Made by a program: the position numbers and the translations under genes
The notes under the pieces: generated by a model
The model's input: only the letters and a program-made list of their open reading frames with translations
Told to the model about the DNA's origin: nothing
Databases searched by the model: none
Shown here: positions 1 through 13,513 of the stretch, in pieces
How positions within the stretch are numbered: position 1 is the first letter of the stretch
How the letters are laid out: every line of letters starts with the position of its first letter
Source of the DNA: Botryllus schlosseri
Lineage: Eukaryota
Assembly (NCBI GenBank): GCA_051294905.1
Contig: CM119372.1
Location: 33,172,001-33,236,000 of the forward strand
Direction of reading: 5' to 3'
Length of the DNA: 64,000 nucleotides

Positions 1-749
1 CTCCGGGCTTTAGCGATTCGGGAATAACTAAGCAGTATAATGCGAGAGTATCGAAATTCATCTTACGCTCTGTATCAGCGAAGATTCATCGAAGCGAACG
101 GTGCGTGGAACATGCTGCTGTATTCCAAATGAACGGGGCGAGTCTGGGTGTTCACGCGTGTTATTGTAAAGTTCGTTTTCCAACGAGAAGCTCGAAGGAT
201 CGCAACTTTCGAACATTCCGGTTGTTGGTACACCGAATTTCTGCTGAAAGTCCATTCCTGATCGTGTAGGGAACTGACGGGGTTCGTCAGAGCATGTGAT
301 TTGACGACTCCTTTGGCGGATTCTGAAGTACAAATTGACGAGTTCACTGTCAAACAGAACGGTGGCTATAGTTGAGAAAATATCGGTCAATCGCGTGTAT
401 AGTTTACCAAGAAAATTTCAGTACGCCTTCACGCTTCTCAACTGGCGAATCGTGGTCCTAATGCGGAACTTGTCAGTGCTGAGCCACCAGAGTATAGTTT
501 TGGCGAAAGGAAGGATTCACAAATAACTTTCATGCTCTTCGCAAATGTTTGGGTCTATTTACAGAGCTGCAAGTAAGCGCTTTCAAACACGAATTTTATT
601 TAAAAAAATATGATTTCGCACCTGTATGACCAGTGAAAACCTTCACCACTGCCTTCGATTTGCTCTTACGACTTTGGAACAAAAATATAAAGAACTGGCA
701 AGATATATAAAATTGCCAATCTTCCCACTATAGCTGCATGCGTCTAACA

Positions 750-1378
750 CAGGGGTGGCCAACCTTTTTGGCCAAAGAGCCATATTTCACTGACGAACCA
801 TCGCGCGGGCCACTAGCCGCGCGAAAAAATTTCAAAGTTTATAGGTCAATATTATTGTTGCTTGTGTATATTGCTGGGCTCAGTTTACAAGAACTGGACT
901 ATTCGGCGCCTGGCCATATCGATATCGAAAGCTTCGGCCAACATGCGTCAATCATTTACTGCCTATATGTTTCATCGTCGATGGTCTTTCTGCGAGTGCA
1001 AACGCAAGGTCGCATGTTGGACGACACTTTCTCTCGTAATTGCGAATATAATTAGACTTAATCTGGTACATTAGGCGTTCTTTCATTTTCAGGAGGGGGT
1101 AACGATATTAAAAGCAAGAAATCGAGTGACAACATATTGTGGAAAGCGTGAAGAAAAATTTTACTCTAGATAAATCTACCAAAATTTGACTGGCCCATGG
1201 ATCTGCCAATGCGTCGGAACTGATATTTTAGTCGTCACATCCCAAGTTTTGGGGCCAGACTAACCAAATTTTTGGTTGGCCAGGCCATGCAAGTTCACAA
1301 TCTGAGCAATCCACTTTTGGTGATATTACCAATTTATAAAATTACCTCGCGGGCCACTCAAAACCTTCTCGCGGGCAG
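750..1378. mobile_element. hAT-type MITE, CAGGG(G/C)TGGCCAAC family, right end truncated
   Basis: Colinear with the complete copy at 42187-42892. Confidence 0.8.
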
Positions 1379-2546
1379 GTATAGTCAGTGAATGATGCTT
1401 ATTCAACCAATCAATGAAATAGATATCGTTGCCTGATGTAAAAAAATGTAGCACGCCTACGGGGTCAATCCTGATTTCATATGTTTATTTGTACATTGTA
1501 TCAAAAAATCCAAATCCGTGCAATTGCGGTATTGGATCAGGGTAGCAATACTCAGACGCCTAATGCATTACTGGTCTGGCCTAGACCGTAAGCTTATATT
1601 CCTTTGCAGGTCCTCGTGGAAATCGTCGGCAAAGCGACGGAAGATATTGATTTTATAGGATTATTATATCATTTGATTGCCCCAGTTGATACATTTGGCT
1701 ACGTTTAAAACGGCAATATTTACTTCAGCATTGTGGCATTAAGTGGCTCGAGTCGTAGCCAGGTACCGTGTACATTAGGGGTCTTCAAAAATGAATTTTT
1801 TCTCAAATCGTACTGGCTACTTGATAAAATTGTTAGGTTACCTAATTTAAGCCTACACACCAAATTTGGCTCAATTCCAACCAGTAGCCGCATTGCTACA
1901 GGAGAAGAAAGTTTCTATTTATTATATAAAATTAAATAACTAAAAAATTGAAAATTTTCTGTTCACCCCACGAAAGTGTTAGGTTGTCTATAGAAACGAT
2001 GGTCACCAAATTTGGTTGAATTCCAACCAGTACAAGCGGAGTTATTGCCGTCTAAAAATTTGGATTTGATTAAAATAGTATTTACGGTGGGCACCACTAC
2101 AATGAATAATTAAACAATCGGTCACCGTAAATACTATTTTATTCATAGTCCAAATTTTTTGACGGCGATGAACTCCGCTTCACTGCACACTTCGGTAGAT
2201 ATAGCTCATACTTACAAGTGAGAGTCGCGCGAACTTTGCTGGGATGACGACCATGGTTCACGCAAGTTAATCTTTCCAAAGCCAGCACCTGTACCAACAT
2301 CAAGTATGATTTGCAGTGGAAGTGAAAGTCATTTACCAAGAGCTGGATTTACCTCTCTGCCGCTCCGATGAGTGGCCGTGTCGGGAAATCTGGATAAATA
2401 TCGAACGGAAAATGAACACAAGACGAGAGGCATTCCGATGAATTCTAATTTCGATGAGTACGTCATAGATATTTGCGCGCAGTGGTGATAATTCTGATCT
2501 TCGCTACTCGGCTAATCGTAATATAACAAAGCTATTGCCTATACAC

Positions 2547-3522
2547 CAGTGTTGGGATGACTCTAGTCATGACTTGACTCGAGTCAACTTTTTCGTATGA
2601 CTTGACTTGACTCGAGTCACTTTGCAAAAATGACTTGACTTGACTCGACGCTTCAGAAATGTGGATTGACTCGTGACTCGGAGAAAAATTTACGAGTCAA
2701 TTTCAAGTCATCAATAAGTAAATGGTGTCGACTAAATCACTGTATCACGTCACGTGTATGTTCGGATTATTCGCGATACGCTGGTGACACTTGTGAGAGC
2801 AACCAGTCATTCACTTATTGTACGTTTCTCTGGTCCTCGATTGTTACATCACAAAGAAATTGACCGCAAACGAAATGATTACGGCTCATGTTGTCGTATT
2901 AGTAGTAGTAGATTAATGGAAACGTATCTATTTCTTAGTCGATTCGGCGCTTACATTGAGCGGTGCTCACCTTTACCAACCCTCCTGTATGATTTAAATC
3001 GAATGAATATACTTCATGCGTTTATATTCTCACGGATGTGTAGCTGGGTAGTGTATTGTACCATGTCAATTTGGTTAAACTTCTCGAAGTTTCGTATTCG
3101 ATCCTCTATTTTGGCTGATAATAACAGACTGTAGCATGTAACTATAGTTAATCACGTATTTTATTAGCAGTTCTACGTGTGCGTGTGCGATACATCGCCC
3201 TTTTCCTTGTATATTTCACTTTATATTCGTTACTTGATTCAAGCTAAATGGCCGATTAATCTGTCTTTCACGCATCTGGCAAAATGCTATGACTTTGAAT
3301 CATCACTCATACTTCGAAGATTCAATTTGACTTGAATTGTGACTTGACTCGTGACTTGACTTGACTTGACTCGACTTGACTCGAGTCACCTCCAAAAATC
3401 GAGTGACTTGACTGGACTCGAGTCATCTTCAAATATCGATTGACTTGACTTGACTCGAGTCAAAATCTGCAATGACTCGAGATGACTCGTGACTCGAAGG
3501 TAGTGACTTGATCCCAACACTG
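2547..3522. mobile_element. hAT-type non-autonomous element (CAGTGTTGGGAT TIR, GACTCGAGTC subterminal repeats)
   Basis: Perfect 8-bp TSD CTATACAC; degenerate or partial relatives at about 25693-26345 and 60563-60830. Confidence 0.9.
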
Positions 3523-3620
3523 CTATACACCACGAAATCCTATATTGCAAAAGACGTATCCTGTCCAGAGACGGCCAAAGTAGCTACCGTTGGTTCTCCA
3601 GTAGAAGTATAGGTTAAGGC

Positions 3621-4244
3621 TGTACATTAGGGTTGTTAAAAAAAAACTTTTTTTTCCAAATCTCACTCGCCTACTGACTAAATCGTCAGGTTGTCCAAGA
3701 AAACGATGCACACCAAATTTGACTCAATTCCAACCAGTCAAGGCCGTGCAATCTTGAATTGAAATTTTTAATTTATTAAAAAAAATTGAAAAAAAAAATT
3801 TCTCAAATTTTTCTGTCAACCCCATGAAATTGTTGAGCTGTCTTCAAAGACAATGCAAAACAAATTTGAGTCAATTCCGACTTGTAGAAGCGGAGTTATT
3901 CGCGTTTTTCGTTGATATTTGTCGGATTATCCTTGATCCGGGGATTATCAACGAAAAACTCAAATAGCTCCGCTTCTACAAGTCGGAATTGACTCAAATT
4001 TGTTTTGCATCGTCTTTGAAGACAGCCCAACAATTTCATGGGGTTGACAGAAAAATTTGAGAAATTTTTTTTTTCAATTTTTTTTAATAAATTAAAAATT
4101 TCAATTCAAGATTGCACGGCCTTGACTGGTTGGAATTGAGTCAAATTTGGTGTGCATCGTTTTCTTGGACAACCTGACGATTTAGTCAGTAGGCGAGTGA
4201 GATTTGGAAAAAAAAAAGGTTTTTTTGAACAACCCTACTGTACA
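3621..4244. mobile_element. Foldback/palindromic element, ~295-bp near-perfect arms; related half copy at about 1769-2060 and diverged relative at about 41600-41940
   Basis: 3621-3917 is the reverse complement of about 3946-4244, with a short spacer. Confidence 0.9.
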
Positions 4245-6136
4245 TTTCTACTCTATTACAAGTACAAGTACAGATTCCCATATCAATTCCAAAGCTTCTT
4301 TACCTGGAAGTAGAAAATGAAGATATGAAAAGTACCCAAATAAGCAGTTTGTAATATAGCGATGGCCGAGGGGCCGCATTTACTCGCATACTTTTCTGGC
4401 CGGCGGTGACTTCCTTCGAAATAGCAGAGTGCATTTTCGAGACTAAATGACTAATGAATGTACGGTAATGATATTACGAATAGGTGACATTTTCAATATT
4501 AGATTCAGTTACCATGACACAGGGTATTTCGCCCAATTTTTATGACACTAAATTTCTATCATAAACATGAAACCCCAACCCCAACACTACTATCTGATAC
4601 AAGCATAGCTAGTACAAGTATATACTCTCCAAACCTACTAGGGTACACCCGAAAGGCATACTTCCCTACTGATAACCGCTGATCCTGTCTAAATGCCCCA
4701 AGCTGATGCACGCAATATGGAGTGCATAGTAAAGTTACCCTGTTAGCAACACGCGATAAGAACCACAATTAAAAGTTAGTGCGCCAACCTGTTGCATGAA
4801 TTGGTCTATACGTGTTGACTGGTTGGAAGGCTGTGGGTCGAAATGGCGCCGCCGAATCCAGTCAATATCGAAATCGAACAGCGAACTGAAGTAAATTTCA
4901 AACCGTGGAATAATTCCGTGATACAGACAGAGTTGTCCAGCGACTCAAGTTAGTCACTTATATTTCTCAAGTCGACAATTGCTCGATCTGTGTGTTACCT
5001 AAGTCTACAATGATAGTGAACGGCTAGAGATATATGTATGTATAGCGTAGCATTAAAAGTAGTTTCCGAGCAGCTTCTATGATTAAATTACAAGATGCAT
5101 TGCGATGACTCACGATAAGTGCTTGATAATGGAAAATCTCCCAGGTTCCATCAGGTAAAGTAATTATGATTCCTGCATAAACTGTTGTTTTATAAAAGAA
5201 AAACATGCAAAGGCGGATTGCTCGAAAGGATGCAGTGCAAGTGGAAATTGAGTATCACTTTTAAAAACTAAAACTACCTCGTTACTGACATTATGTCGAA
5301 ATATATCATGAGCAATGTTCCCTTCAAGCTGTGCAATTGCCCAGTGCTGAGACGGTCGAAGTGAGGACCTTTTTTTAGTCGTTACGCACTATTGTCCAAG
5401 GAGCTGCGCAGTAAGTTGGTAAGTGCGCGCAGACTCGTGAAAAATTAGAGGGAACATTGATCAAGGGCATCATCAAAAATTGAATGCAATGCAACTGGCC
5501 TCGTGAATGTGGCGAACAGTCTGTTCTGACTGTTCTAAGTGAAGTTTTCCAGCCCAAACGCGTTACCTTTCTGGAAACAATCCCTCGCTTGCCTTGTCCG
5601 TAGTGCCAGCGAAGTCAAACTTAGGAGGTTCTGCCATAGCAGAAGCGTTCGGCACATTGAGAGTTTGACCGCACTTCCCGGGATTGCCGTCACTCTTATT
5701 CCTATGGCCAGAGGGTAAGTTAGCGTCAAACAGGATCAAATGTACGAGAGAGGAAAATATCATTAAACTTGACGCCCGTTCACCTTGCTCTACAGGGCAT
5801 CAGTCCAGACGTTCCGGTGTTGATATTTGTACCTGATAATAGGAATCAATGTGACGACTTCGACTATTTCTTGTGTGCGGACTGTCCCTCTTTTATATGA
5901 CAGCAAATCTTTACTAAAGAATATTATTGTCGATAGAGGTCGTCAGTAACGAAGTACTTCTTTCTTGGAGTAGGCTACTCGAGTTGGTTTTGGCTGCATG
6001 TGCGAGGAATTTATGCTTTTATATACTACTGTTTTTATACTCCTACTTGATATTTTTAGGTAAAACTACTTACTTTTTACACTCCGTTGATAGTAGTTTT
6101 TTGATGTATTTGCATGACTGAAACTGTAAAGGCATT

Positions 6137-7003
6137 CATCATCATCATTGGTTTATTAGCAATTTTATCAGTTCAATACACCACAAAAATGCGATACAAT
6201 GAAAAGACAGGAAGATGTCGAAGCGACAAGGCGTAGTCTATGGAATCTGACACCCACCTTGGCCTAGGCGATGTAAAGAGGAGGCATGCACACTGAATGA
6301 AAGTAAAGAAGATAGTATAGAAGAAGAATGCGACAAGAAATAGGGCGGCATGTCACGGGAAGCGAGATCGATAGGTCAGTCGTGGTCCGGTAATCTTGAG
6401 GATGGACTGTATTTATTTAGTAGTAATTGCTTGTATTTCGACTTGAATGTGGACATGCTCGTCGACTATCGGATGGCCGGCGGGATACTGTTCCACACAT
6501 CAGGTCCGGCATATTTGATGGAGCGATGATCTTTTCGGTCGATCATATGATATTTGGACGACGTGGACGCGCGTGTGTTGTACTTGTGCGCTTTTGATTC
6601 AGAGGTAAAGAAGTCATTGAAATATTCGGGGCAACGACCGCAGTGAAACTGATACATAAACTTGGCGATTTCTAGTTTCCGCATATCTTCTATGTTTAGG
6701 ACGCCGAATCGCTTCAGCAGCGACTTATTGGATGGGCAGCCAAGCCCCTTTGGGGCCCTAGCTATGATTCGGAGCACTTTATGCTGCAGTTTCTGCAGTG
6801 GCTTGAGTGCAGTTTTACTGGCAGCCCCCCAACAGAGGATGCCATAATGTAACTTCGATTGGATTAAGGATTTAAAGAGTATCAGAAGAACCCATGCTGG
6901 CATGAAGCGCCCAAGGCTGTAGAACAGGCCGCACTTCGGTGATAATTTAGTTTCTAGGGACTGAATATGACTCTTCCAGCACATGTTCGAGTCCAGTAAA
7001 ACA
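6137..7003 (-). mobile_element. 5'-truncated CR1/L2-group LINE (post-RT end of ORF2 plus 3' UTR)
   Basis: LDSNMCWKSHI..LHYGILCWG..LQKLQHKVLRII..HKYNTR..GPDVWNSIP, typical of the ORF2 C-terminus of this group; ends in an (ATG)n tail. Confidence 0.85.
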
Positions 7004-8189
7004 TCTTAGTGGATTAGCCCCGTTATCGCGGAAATTGAATCTATCTTCGAAAATGTCTATTATTTGAGTGTCACTTGTCATTTTGGCGTTAGTCGTGAAG
7101 ATGAATTTTGCGATTACGAAAGTAGCCGCCTCCGATCAGCTGCTAAACGCATGGGAGCCCTCGTCCAAATCTACTTACGTACTTTCATACCTTCAATATA
7201 TACTGCATGCGACTTGAAGTAGTCTTGACATGCATTGGCAATCGCCACCTCGTCTTGTAATGGGTGGAAATTTATGTTGTTGTTGCTTCTATTTCTACTC
7301 GAGTGCCAACGTTGACCATGCACACTTGCACAGTGACCATCTCATTGATAAATATGCGTTGCACCAATCACTCCGTAATTTTTGAACCGTGCGGTAAACT
7401 CGAGTATTGGCATCAACATTTCGAAACAGAGATACAAAAAAAAGAGCAAAATTAAAATCAACATCATGTCGCCTCAATTTATAGCCCACATACCCCGCGT
7501 GCCTGCGTAATTCGTAAAATTGGATATTTACCTATGTTCAACAACGTTAGATGTAAAATGAATGATGAAACTTTCCATGCCACGAGTACGGACTACGGGG
7601 TAGTCACTCCAACGACAGTGGTAGATTATTTTGCAAAAGTTGTGTAGTATTGTGCAGATTTTCCACTTTGTCTCGTCCATAACAGGGTTAATAATATCAA
7701 TGAGGCCGAGAGGGTAAATTATTACGATCACTTTAAAACACCAACCGCTATAAACATTCCTTGCAGATCGCTTCGTGTTAACGACACAGTCGAGATGAAC
7801 CAGATCTTTACTCCGATGATCACTCGCGTAGCGAGGCCTACGCACTACGTTCATGGCAGTCTTGTTGCGCGATCCATTACGTATACATTCGAAAAACACC
7901 TAAACATTTGGTATTGATTTATCTAATTTACGAGTAGTCGGACTGAATTTGGATTTAGATTTGCTCGGTACTGAGGATTATAACCAAGACCGTAACTGCC
8001 GCACCCCAAACCCCGTAATTTAGGGAGGGGGTGAGCTCGAAGGGGGCCCATAATAATTTCGTGAATTAGCATAAATTATACAGTATATTTGAAAATTTAT
8101 GCAACTTTTCAAAAAATTTTCGCGCGATTTCAAGTTGCCAAATATCTTGGTTTTTGGTTACTCTTCCCTCAAGAAACATGCGCAACATT

Positions 8190-9090
8190 TATAGCTATGG
8201 GCATATCGGCGTTGGCCATTACCGCGCAACGACGCACCAAGACATATGATGCTTTAAGCTATGTAACATGCGACTCCAAGAAGTGTGCCAGAACGATCGG
8301 CAGCGAGAAAACTTTGGCCGAAAATGACTGCCCTTATGCTGACCGAAAACTTCGTTATGTATACAATATACTATTATAGGCTTAATTGTCCGTAGGCGCC
8401 TAAATTACTGGCGCCGAATGTTTACGTCTTGGCAATCTCAACCTCACAAGACAAATACCAGCTCGCAGAGAAAAATTATATGCCAGTGAAGAAATACCAA
8501 TTTGAAATCATGTGATCTTTTAGTTTAGTACGTTTGGGCGATTCTATATTTTTTGATATAGCAGACAGGAGATCACGAAGTCATACCAACGGGTCCACCC
8601 GTTCGAAGACGTTTAATTATTATTTACGGGCCCTACAGTTTTCAAGACACCTCAGTCAGCTCTACCGGTAAATCTGATTACGTGAGCAGAGAGGACAAGA
8701 AATTGATAGCAATATATATGCAATTCCTGATGTTATTGACCGATTTTATCATGAATTATCGAAAATTTACGCGCTTGACGCTGGCTCTCTAAACAGTACA
8801 ACTATAATTTCGTGGCCAAAGCGAACGACGTGATGGGGGTGGGGGTCGGTTTATCACCTTATGGTAGCCCAAGATTCAAATCTTTTTTTTGGGGGGGGGG
8901 GCTGACGAAGTGCCGTTTCATTCCTGCCAACGGGTATGCACCCGAAGATGTTTAATTATTATTATTGGGGAGTCATACCTTTTCAAACACACCTCACTCA
9001 GCTCTACTGTTAAATCTGATTGCGCGAGCAGACAGAGGATAAAATTTGACAGCAATATGTATCATGCCATTCCCGATCATATTCGATAGT
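8190..9090. repeat. Dispersed repeat, inverted relative to the copy at about 21130-22385
   Basis: gcgactccaagaagtgtgccagaacgatc and long downstream blocks match the reverse complement of 21130-22385. Confidence 0.85.
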
Positions 9091-9653
9091 GCCACATCGT
9101 TTCATTTTCAGCAATTAATGTGTAAAATCAAACTTAACATAATTTTCTTTGCACTATTGAGTATCGAAATCGCAATAGGAAAGTAATTAAATATCCACGA
9201 TAGAGCGGTAGGCCTACAATTAGACTATCGGGATAATAGTTGCAGGTAATATATTATTGGCAAAAGAGCATGAGATGAAACGTGTGGCAGGCTACCTTGG
9301 AGCTCTTTCGAGGAATTCGTGAACGGGATGTACTATTCCTGCAAAATATAGAGCATCTATAAAATTCTCTCTCACAAAACGCATGAAACACGTCACTAGT
9401 TTCAAATGTGATGATTTCTTTTTGGGATATTCATGTTATTTCCGACTGCAATGGTCATTTATCACTGGGTCGATATTCTTTTTATTATTCCGTGTCTGCC
9501 GGCTTGTAGCGCGGCCCACTTCTAGTTTTTTTATGACATCAGTCACTCAGATCATATGGCGAAACCCGCAACCTATTGATGTTTCAGGTTCAGCTGTGGA
9601 TCGTGGCACTACGCTAATCTCGCCGATTCGAAGATGGTCACGGATATTAACAG

Positions 9654-10052
9654 TAGGCTTACCATATTTTGGAAATCTAAAAAGAGGACACTTTTTCAGA
9701 AATTTGAGACTTGCAAAACCGGAGAAGAATTCTCAAAAACCGGTGAATTTTTCCCACTTTGTGATCGGTTGACTAGAAAAAAAATGGGTCATCTTTTCCA
9801 CTCAGAGCTCAAAATACCGTTTTTCTTTCCGCATTGCTAGGTGGATGACTAAAAAAAGGTCGTCTTTCCGCCCAGAGCTAAAATCACCGTTTTTCACTCC
9901 AAAATACCCACAGGATCGTCACTTCTGTGCTAATTTACGGCATATCGCTCGCAATTGGCTCTAAATCTGACCTAAATTTTCAAATAAGAGGACAAAATAT
10001 CAAAAAAGAGGACAAATCCTCTTAAAAGAGGACGTATGGTACGGTAACCCTA
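9654..10052. mobile_element. hAT-type MITE, TAGG(C/G)TTACCAT family with AAGAGGAC repeats
   Basis: Perfect TSD ATTAACAG. Confidence 0.88.
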
Positions 10053-12945
10053 ATTAACAGATAATTTCCTGTAGCCTCAACGACATAAACACTGCGTCCA
10101 AAATAATGGGATTTATAGTAAATAGTTCAATTTAGATTTATGCGCGACAAGAACCCCTAATCCTAAAATTCTTGCAATATATATATGTTCAACGCAGAGC
10201 CCGATTACGTAGAAAAATAGTGGCATCCATCACGACGATTCTGAAACGCTCACTACCGGTACTGGTTTGTTATCAACTCGCATCTCTCACCTATTAGTGG
10301 TCCAATTCATTTTCTACGAATTCCAGCAAGTATTTGCTTCTAAACGACTCGTAACCTCGACGATCTAACTGAAAACCAGATCAGAATTATCTTTCACACT
10401 GGATCAACGCACAGTTGAGTGTGGATGTTGATTGTTGTTGACAAACTGTCGCCAGCGAACAACCATCTAGGCTACGCATTGTAGATTGTATGTTACGTCA
10501 CAGAGGTGTACGGTAAAGGCTTTGAACGCCAGCTGTAGTCTTCAAGTAGTCTTCGGTCGCAACGAAAAATGTATTCAACAAGGTTGTAACCAAGTCACAA
10601 GGCTCCGAGTCACAAGTCAATCTCACATTTTATAGTTTTGACTCGAGTCATTTTCAATTCCTCACCGAATCAAGTCCTAGTCCAAGTCAGCGAACAGAGG
10701 GTTGAGTTCGAGTCATGACGTTATGACTCGAGTCCGAGTCCGAGTCATTGTGTTGACTGCTCGGTTTCCAATTCGATTCCAAATTCGATAATGCAGCAAT
10801 CAAGCAGTCAATCGACAACTGAAGCTATTGCATTTTACGACATTATGATCTTACTAATCTAATATAATTGATTTTCTAACATGAAATTAACCTAATGAAC
10901 ATGATGTTGAAAAAAAAAAACAGATTTTAAGGACAAAAACCCAGAAACCCAGGTGATGCTCGAAAAGCCCAGATCTGGGTGGAAAAACCCAGGAGTGGCA
11001 TCTCTGCACTACAGGAGAGCGTTAGCCCGACTGTGCCTCATTCATTAAAAATCTAGTCATTCATAAGCATCGTTAGAAAATACCAATAATCATTGAATGT
11101 TTCAATGTATGTACTGCCGTAGTGACCAGACATGGGGTAATCGCGATTAGTAATCGTAATCGATTACGACGATTACAGCATTTTCAAGTAATCGTAATCG
11201 CAATCGATTACATTCGAAAAAATGCCGAAGTAATCGTAATCGTGATCGTAATCGACTACTTCCCGTATCTAATCGATTCTTTGTGAAAGAACGATTACTT
11301 TTTATTTGTACATGGACTATGGCAGTGGTTCCCAATTGGGGAGGAATTCCCCCTTGGGGAGATTTTGCAATTTTTAGGGAGGAATTCCACTTTGGAACTG
11401 TAACGGATTTCCCAAATTGCTCATGTCCGAACTGTCATGTAGTCAACCCCCTTGTTTTTTTTTTAAAAACTAGTTCAGATGTGCTGCAGTTCGCAAGACA
11501 ATTGTAGGCCAGCGAAGGCCTCTCAATCAAATACATCCTAAGCGAGCAAATGTCGTGCCGAATCTATCACAACAAGGCCTCTGGTGAAAGTATTTACCTT
11601 GTATTTTCAAGTCAACATTTTCAGACAGTGACAAAATATTCCATGTCATCGACTCAAGTCGAAGAGATCGCTAGCCTTGTTTTATTTTTAGTGAACAGCT
11701 ACCCGATCAAAAAAGGCATGTTAAGCTTGGTGCAATGTTGCCGAAACGTTGGGCCAATTGTAAGTATAGTCCCCTTCGTTGCACTATGTTATTTCTTGAC
11801 ATCCCATCAGGATTGTCGGTATAGTGGAAAGATATTGGATTCGCCCAAACGTAGGCCTACCAGAAACAAATTTCCTTCGTGAACACGAATACAAATTGGT
11901 ATTTCTTTATGAGGCGCATCATTTTCCTCTGCTGTTCGCATCTGTACAAAGGACACTTCTATATTAAAATCGGATATCAACTCGCATTAAAACCGCCCAT
12001 AGCGAGAAGAAAATTTCAAGAATAATTCACACCTCTCAATATTTCGTTGAGGTTAGCTAACTACGGTATTTGCTGGAAATCTATCTCCTCGCAAAGCTTG
12101 GTGTTTCTGAGAGCCCGAAGTCGTTTTTAAAGCGCCTCGGTCTAGGCAGTGGTGGGCCATTGCACGTCAATGCAATATGCCCATTCATATCAGCAAATTC
12201 TTCCACCATGGAATGATATTACCATCGCCGAGGCGGTATCAGCTACTTCCAACTGAAAGACTTTGGAATTAGGCTCAGTTGTAAGCCAACTATCTCAATT
12301 GACTCCAACAAAACAGAACTATTGTCGGTTTCTCACTACATGGACTGTTATTATATATGTATCTGATTATCTGATACATATTATGTTAGTAGCACAACTA
12401 ACTTTGCTACAACCTTAAAGATTTTCAAGTACAAACTGAATGATCAAAAATGACCATAAGGCTCACCAGCTCATTCTTGTGTTTTACAATTCTTGGATAT
12501 GGTGGTGCTATTTGTGTCAATTGGGTTTACACCATAGTATTTTGCTTTTTGTCTTAAAGCAGCCCCATACATGGGTTTCTCAAATAGCGGGTTGACATTC
12601 CTTCTTCTTAAGAATTATGTAATTGTGTAATAATGAGTATGCATAAATACGCTGCTTAGAATGTTATAATCCAATGTTCATGCGCTTACCATACAATTTA
12701 TTTTCGGGTCGGGCAAAAAAATATTCGAGAACCTCTGCTTTGTAGACTATATATGCTTTGCGACTTCAGTTTATATCTGTTCCATTTTATTCAACAAAAT
12801 AACTGCAACAACACAACTGGTACATCGTTTATAATTGTCAATTATCAGAGAGGATGAGATCTAGTCGGTATTAGTGGTATTTTATCGTTTAAAAACACCA
12901 ACAGATAGTGATGAGATTACAGAATAGGAAGGTATTGGAATGACA

Positions 12946-13513
12946 CAGGGTTGTAACCAACTTACAAGGCTCCAAGTCACAAGTCAATCTCACTTTTATA
13001 TTTTTGACTCGGGTCAAGTCGAGTCATTTTCAATTCCCACCGAGTCAAGTCCGAGTCCAAGTCAGCGAACAGAGGATCGAGTCCGAGTCATGGTATTATG
13101 ACTCGAGTCCGAGTCCAAGTCATTGTGTTGACTGATCAGTTTCCAGTTAAAGTCATCCTAAACCCACTTTTTTTAACTCTGTTTGGTGATACTGAATGGT
13201 TCGCATTTATAATATATCAAACTTCATCACTTTTAACAGTTTCTGGCCGCATTTTCAAGCACCAGTACCAACAAACGAAATCCCAATAATGTGTTGGCTT
13301 CGAAATTACAATGAAATGTCAGTCTCGGCCGTCTGAATCTCGAGTCAATGACTTGCTTCAAGTCATGCGCAATGACTCGAGTCCAAGTCGAGTCAATACA
13401 CAGATTGACTCGAGTCGAGTCGAGTCATTTCCGTATTTTTAGAAAATGACTCGAGTCGAGTCGAGTCATCCGAAAATCGTGACTCGAGTCTGACTCGAGT
13501 CATTACAACCCTG
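12946..13513. mobile_element. hAT-type MITE, CAGGGTTGTAA family
   Basis: TIR cagggttgtaa/ttacaaccctg; perfect TSD GAATGACA; partial copy at about 10579-10770. Confidence 0.9.

Larger units (their letters stand above)
67..5832 (-). other. Candidate exon chain of an unidentified gene running off the left edge (5784-5832, 5567-5701, 67-322)
   Basis: AG/GT boundaries, compatible phases (1>2, 2>2, 2>0) and open frames; no recognisable domain. Confidence 0.3.

Noticed and set aside
738..1074. ORFs 738-1055 and 42170-42517 as a duplicated gene
   Set aside because: Both lie inside copies of the same MITE and carry no transposase or other motifs
1560..1650. BH3-like peptide FRRFADDF on the minus strand
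   Set aside because: In-frame stops immediately upstream and no usable splice acceptor
2547..3522. GACTCGAGTC/GACTT arrays as a CRISPR-like repeat
   Set aside because: No regular repeat-spacer period; these are subterminal repeats of TIR elements with 8-bp TSDs in eukaryotic DNA
7528..7899. 123-aa minus-strand ORF as a coding exon
   Set aside because: No recognisable homology and competing exon-like signals on the plus strand; cannot be resolved
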